Shown piece by piece: positions 43,340 to 46,057 of a DNA stretch of 46,057 nucleotides; position 1 is the stretch's first letter; every line of letters begins with the position of its first letter. Source of the DNA: Candidatus Binatia bacterium (GTDB taxonomy: Bacteria > Chloroflexota > Limnocylindria > Limnocylindrales > CSP1-4). Below the pieces are notes generated by a model. It was given only the letters and a program-made list of their open reading frames with translations. It was not told the origin of the DNA and did not search any database. The DNA lies in the NCBI GenBank assembly GCA_035574535.1, contig DATLYV010000028.1, positions 1 through 46,057 of the forward strand, written 5' to 3'. The position numbers were made by a program, and so were the translations under genes.

Positions 43340-43728
43340 CCGCGCGCGCCGTCGTTCGGCCGCTCGCCGCGGACCCGGCGGATCTCAACGCCCGCGTGAT
43401 CGAGCGGCCCGCCCAGTCGGACCTCCGGCTTCCTGACCCGGACGACGACCTCGTCCACGAGCGAGTGGCCGCCGAGGACCTCGTGGGCGATCGCCTCGGC
43501 CAGGGCCTCGATGAGGTTGAACGTCGTCGACTCGACGACCTGGCGGACCGTGTCGTAGACGCCGCGATAGTCGACCGTCCGCGCGAGGTCGTCCTCGAGA
43601 CCGGCGGGCTGGACGTCGAGGGTCATCTCGACGTCGACCTCGAACCGCTGCGGCGTCACCTTCTCCCAGTCGTTGACGCCGTGGCGCGCCTGGAAGGCCA
43701 TGTTCGCGAGGACGACGCGGTCGGTCAT
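43336..43728 (-). CDS. folB: Dihydroneopterin aldolase
   Basis: Contains ARHGVNDWEKVTPQRFEVDVEM and VDYRGVYDTV. ATGA overlap with folP. Confidence 0.9.
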   Translation of the reverse strand: MTDRVVLANMAFQARHGVNDWEKVTPQRFEVDVEMTLDVQPAGLEDDLARTVDYRGVYDTVRQVVESTTFNLIEALAEAIAHEVLGGHSLVDEVVVRVRKPEVRLGGPLDHAGVEIRRVRGERPNDGARG

Positions 43729-44612
43729 GGCGCCCTGCCTCGCACGATTGCGTCGGCCATGCGGGCCGTGCGGACGTTCGGCCGGACGTCGTGCACCCGG
43801 ACGATGTCGACGCCCTGGGCGATGCCGAGCGCGGTGGTCGCGAGGGTGCCCTCGAGCCGCTCGTCGGGGGGCAGGTCGAGGACCTTGCCGATGGTCGACT
43901 TGCGGGACGTGCCGAGAAGGATCGGCCGGCCGAGCGTCCGCAGCTCGCCGAGGCGGCGCAGCAGCTCGAGGTTGTGCTCGGCGGTCTTCCCGAACCCGAT
44001 CCCCGGGTCGAGGATGACGTCCGTTTCGGGGACGCCGGCGCGGCGGGCCTGCTCGATCGCGCGTCGCAGGTCCGCGATGACCTCCGGCACGAGATCGTCG
44101 TAGGCGGGCTCGGCGCGGTTGTGCATCAGGACGATCGGCACGCCGCGGGCGGCGGCAATGCGGACGAGGGTGTCGTCCGGCGAGACGCCCCAGACGTCGT
44201 TGATCGCGTCGGCGCCGGCCTCGAGAGCCGCCTCGGCGACCGCGGGCTTGGTCGTGTCGATCGTCACCGGGACGTCGGGCAGGACCTCGCGGACGGCGCG
44301 GACCACCGGGATCGTCCGCTCCAGCTCCTCGCGCTCGTCGACCGGGGCGTGGCCGGGTCGGGTCGACTCGCCGCCGATGTCCAGGAGGTCAGCGCCCTCG
44401 GCGGCCATCCGGCGCGCCTGCTCGACCGCCCGCTCGACGGGGCTGGTGGCGCCAACGGGTCCGCCCGTCGGCCCAGCCTCCGCGAGGAGGCCGTCGCCGG
44501 AGAACGAGTCGGGCGTGACGTTGAGGATCCCCATCACGAACGTCCGCTCGCCCCAGCGGAACGTCCGCGGGCCGATCCGGGTCACGCCCAACGGCGAGGG
44601 CTGCGTCGCCAT
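43725..44612 (-). CDS. folP: Dihydropteroate synthase
   Basis: Contains MGILNVTPDSFSGDG, DIGGESTRPG, INDV and SRKS. Confidence 0.9.
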   Translation of the reverse strand: MATQPSPLGVTRIGPRTFRWGERTFVMGILNVTPDSFSGDGLLAEAGPTGGPVGATSPVERAVEQARRMAAEGADLLDIGGESTRPGHAPVDEREELERTIPVVRAVREVLPDVPVTIDTTKPAVAEAALEAGADAINDVWGVSPDDTLVRIAAARGVPIVLMHNRAEPAYDDLVPEVIADLRRAIEQARRAGVPETDVILDPGIGFGKTAEHNLELLRRLGELRTLGRPILLGTSRKSTIGKVLDLPPDERLEGTLATTALGIAQGVDIVRVHDVRPNVRTARMADAIVRGRAP

Positions 44613-44619
44613 GACCGCC

Positions 44620-46044
44620 TCATGCGACCGCGACGTCGTCGGGGTCTCGGACGAGCGGGTCGTCGACCCAGCGCCGCCGCGCCTCGCCGACCAGGTACAG
44701 CGAGCCCGCGACGATGACCGGCCCCGCCGCGGCCCGGAGCGCGCGATCGAGCGCCTGCCCGACGTCCGCCACGACGGTGACCGGCGTGTCCGGGGCGACC
44801 GCCCGCCAGGCCCGCGCCAGGTCCGGGGCGGGAAGCGCCCGCTCGCCCGCGACCTGGGTCGCGATCACGTGCGCGCCCGCCACCGTCTGCGTCCCCCCGA
44901 GCGCCTCCGTGCGCGCGAGCGCCCGGAGGATCCCGTCGACGTCCTTGTCGCCCATCGAGCCGAGGACGAGCGTGACGGCGCCCGGCTCGAGGTGCGGCCG
45001 GAGGTCGTCCAGCGCCGTGGCCAGCGCGGCGGCGCCCGCCGGGTTGTGCGCGCCGTCGAGCAGCACGTCGCGACCCCGAACCCGCAGCAGCTCCAGGCGC
45101 CCGGGCCAGCGCGCGCTCGCGTAGCCCACCCGCCGGGCGTCGTCGGCCACGACGGCGATGCCCGCCTCCTCGAGCGCATCCAGGACCGCGTCCGCCACGG
45201 CGGCATTCTGGGCCTGGTGGCGGCCACGGAGCGAGATCCGCGTCGGGCCGAGGCGGGCGAGCTCGACCTCGATGCCATCGCGATCGACGGCGAGGATCCG
45301 CGGCTCCTCGACGACGCGGAGCGGCGCCCCGACCCGCAGCGCCCGCCGTCGGATGACCCGCAGCGCGTCGCCGGTCGCGGCGGTCACCGCCACGTCCCCG
45401 CGCTCGATGATCGCGGCCTTCTCCTTCGCGATTGCCTCGATCGTCGAGCCGAGCCAGGCCATGTGGTCGAGGGCGACGTTCGTGATCGCAGCGACCCCGC
45501 CGTCCCACGCGTGCGTCGCGTCGAGCCGCCCGCCGAGCCCGACCTCGACCAGCGCCACGTCGATGCCCTCCTCGGCGAACCACCGGAACAGCATCGCGGT
45601 CAGCAGCTCGAACTCGGTCGGCGGACCGTGGCGCCGCTCGACGTGGTCGGCCACCTCCAGGACGTCGCCGACGAGCGCCGCGAACGTCACCGGATCGATC
45701 GGCCGGCCGTCGATCTCCATCCGCTCCCGGTAGGACACCAGGTGCGGCTTGGGGGTCGACCCGACGCGGACGCCGGCGGCGCGCAGTGCGCTCCCGGCCA
45801 GCGCCAGGACGCTGCCCTTGCCGTTGGTCCCGCCGACGAGCGCTCCGCGAACCCGCAGCTGGGGATCGCCCAGCGCCTTCAGAAGGGCCCTGGTCCGTGT
45901 CAGTCCCAGCCGCACCCCGAAGCGGCCGCGCTCCGCGAGCGCCCGGACGGCGGCGTGGTACGCGCGCGCCGCGGCCGGATCGAGGGTGGCGGCCGCCGCG
46001 GCAGCGGCCTCGGCAGCCCGGTCGGCAGGCCGATCGGCAGGCAC
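44620..46044 (-). CDS. folC: Folylpolyglutamate synthase / dihydrofolate synthase
   Basis: P-loop GGTNGKGS, the Mur-ligase-type central domain ITNVALDHMAWLG, and DGAHNPAG. Confidence 0.85.
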   Translation of the reverse strand: MPADRPADRAAEAAAAAAATLDPAAARAYHAAVRALAERGRFGVRLGLTRTRALLKALGDPQLRVRGALVGGTNGKGSVLALAGSALRAAGVRVGSTPKPHLVSYRERMEIDGRPIDPVTFAALVGDVLEVADHVERRHGPPTEFELLTAMLFRWFAEEGIDVALVEVGLGGRLDATHAWDGGVAAITNVALDHMAWLGSTIEAIAKEKAAIIERGDVAVTAATGDALRVIRRRALRVGAPLRVVEEPRILAVDRDGIEVELARLGPTRISLRGRHQAQNAAVADAVLDALEEAGIAVVADDARRVGYASARWPGRLELLRVRGRDVLLDGAHNPAGAAALATALDDLRPHLEPGAVTLVLGSMGDKDVDGILRALARTEALGGTQTVAGAHVIATQVAGERALPAPDLARAWRAVAPDTPVTVVADVGQALDRALRAAAGPVIVAGSLYLVGEARRRWVDDPLVRDPDDVAVA

Positions 46045-46057
46045 GTCGGCGGGCCCC

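Noticed and set aside
41855-44103. 454-aa minus and 665-aa plus ORFs overlapping the HtrA, folB and folP genes
   Set aside because: Out-of-frame or antisense artefacts. The catalytic-triad frame and the fol genes account for the region.

Overview
High-GC bacterial chromosomal segment (G/C dominates codon position 3; Actinomycetota- or Chloroflexota-like). It is very compact, with many 1-4 nt stop/start overlaps (ATGA, GTGA, TTGA). Many long ORFs in the track are antisense or out-of-frame artefacts of the GC bias. I support about 45 genes.

Core content, in order:
- galE (5' truncated).
- A glucosylglycerate-type compatible-solute cluster: Atg22-like MFS transporter, a glycosyltransferase, a USP-USP-GpgS fusion and glycerate kinase.
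- An endonuclease III-like glycosylase.
- An OmpR/HK pair followed by an orphan TadE/TadE/TadG-like trio.
- An HD hydrolase.
- A CopB-type (CPH, His-rich) P-type ATPase, a CapA-like lipoprotein and a VanY-type peptidase.
- Fur/Zur plus a ZIP transporter, a VOC protein and an AI-2E transporter.
- An ECF-like sigma factor with a YCII protein.
- Split NHEJ genes (LigD-type polymerase and an ATP-dependent ligase; no Ku in the window).
- DUF4282, PRTase, DUF554 and DUF3008 genes.
- LysR with a small ORF and an isocitrate-lyase-family gene, then a methyltransferase.
- L25/Ctc, a second OmpR/HK pair with HtrA, and folB-folP-folC.

The standout is a roughly 5-kb, visibly lower-GC islet (about 14368-19393). 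It is bracketed by a direct repeat of the promoter plus 5' half of tRNA-Thr(CGT): a remnant at 14306-14367 and the intact gene at 19394-19468. No integrase is recognisable.

The islet carries a translationally coupled operon:
- a small twin-repeat protein;
- a beta-grasp ubiquitin-like protein;
- a ThiF/E1-like adenylyltransferase with an extra N-terminal domain;
- a DUF6527-like Zn-ribbon protein whose HPSI-x6-C motif mimics the E2 active site;
- a decayed fourth gene.

This operon is divergently paired with an XRE-HTH/ImmA-IrrE metalloprotease fusion and an overlapping PIN-like gene. I interpret it as a candidate bacterial ubiquitination-like conjugation (probably defence) module. It needs HMM, structure and experimental confirmation.
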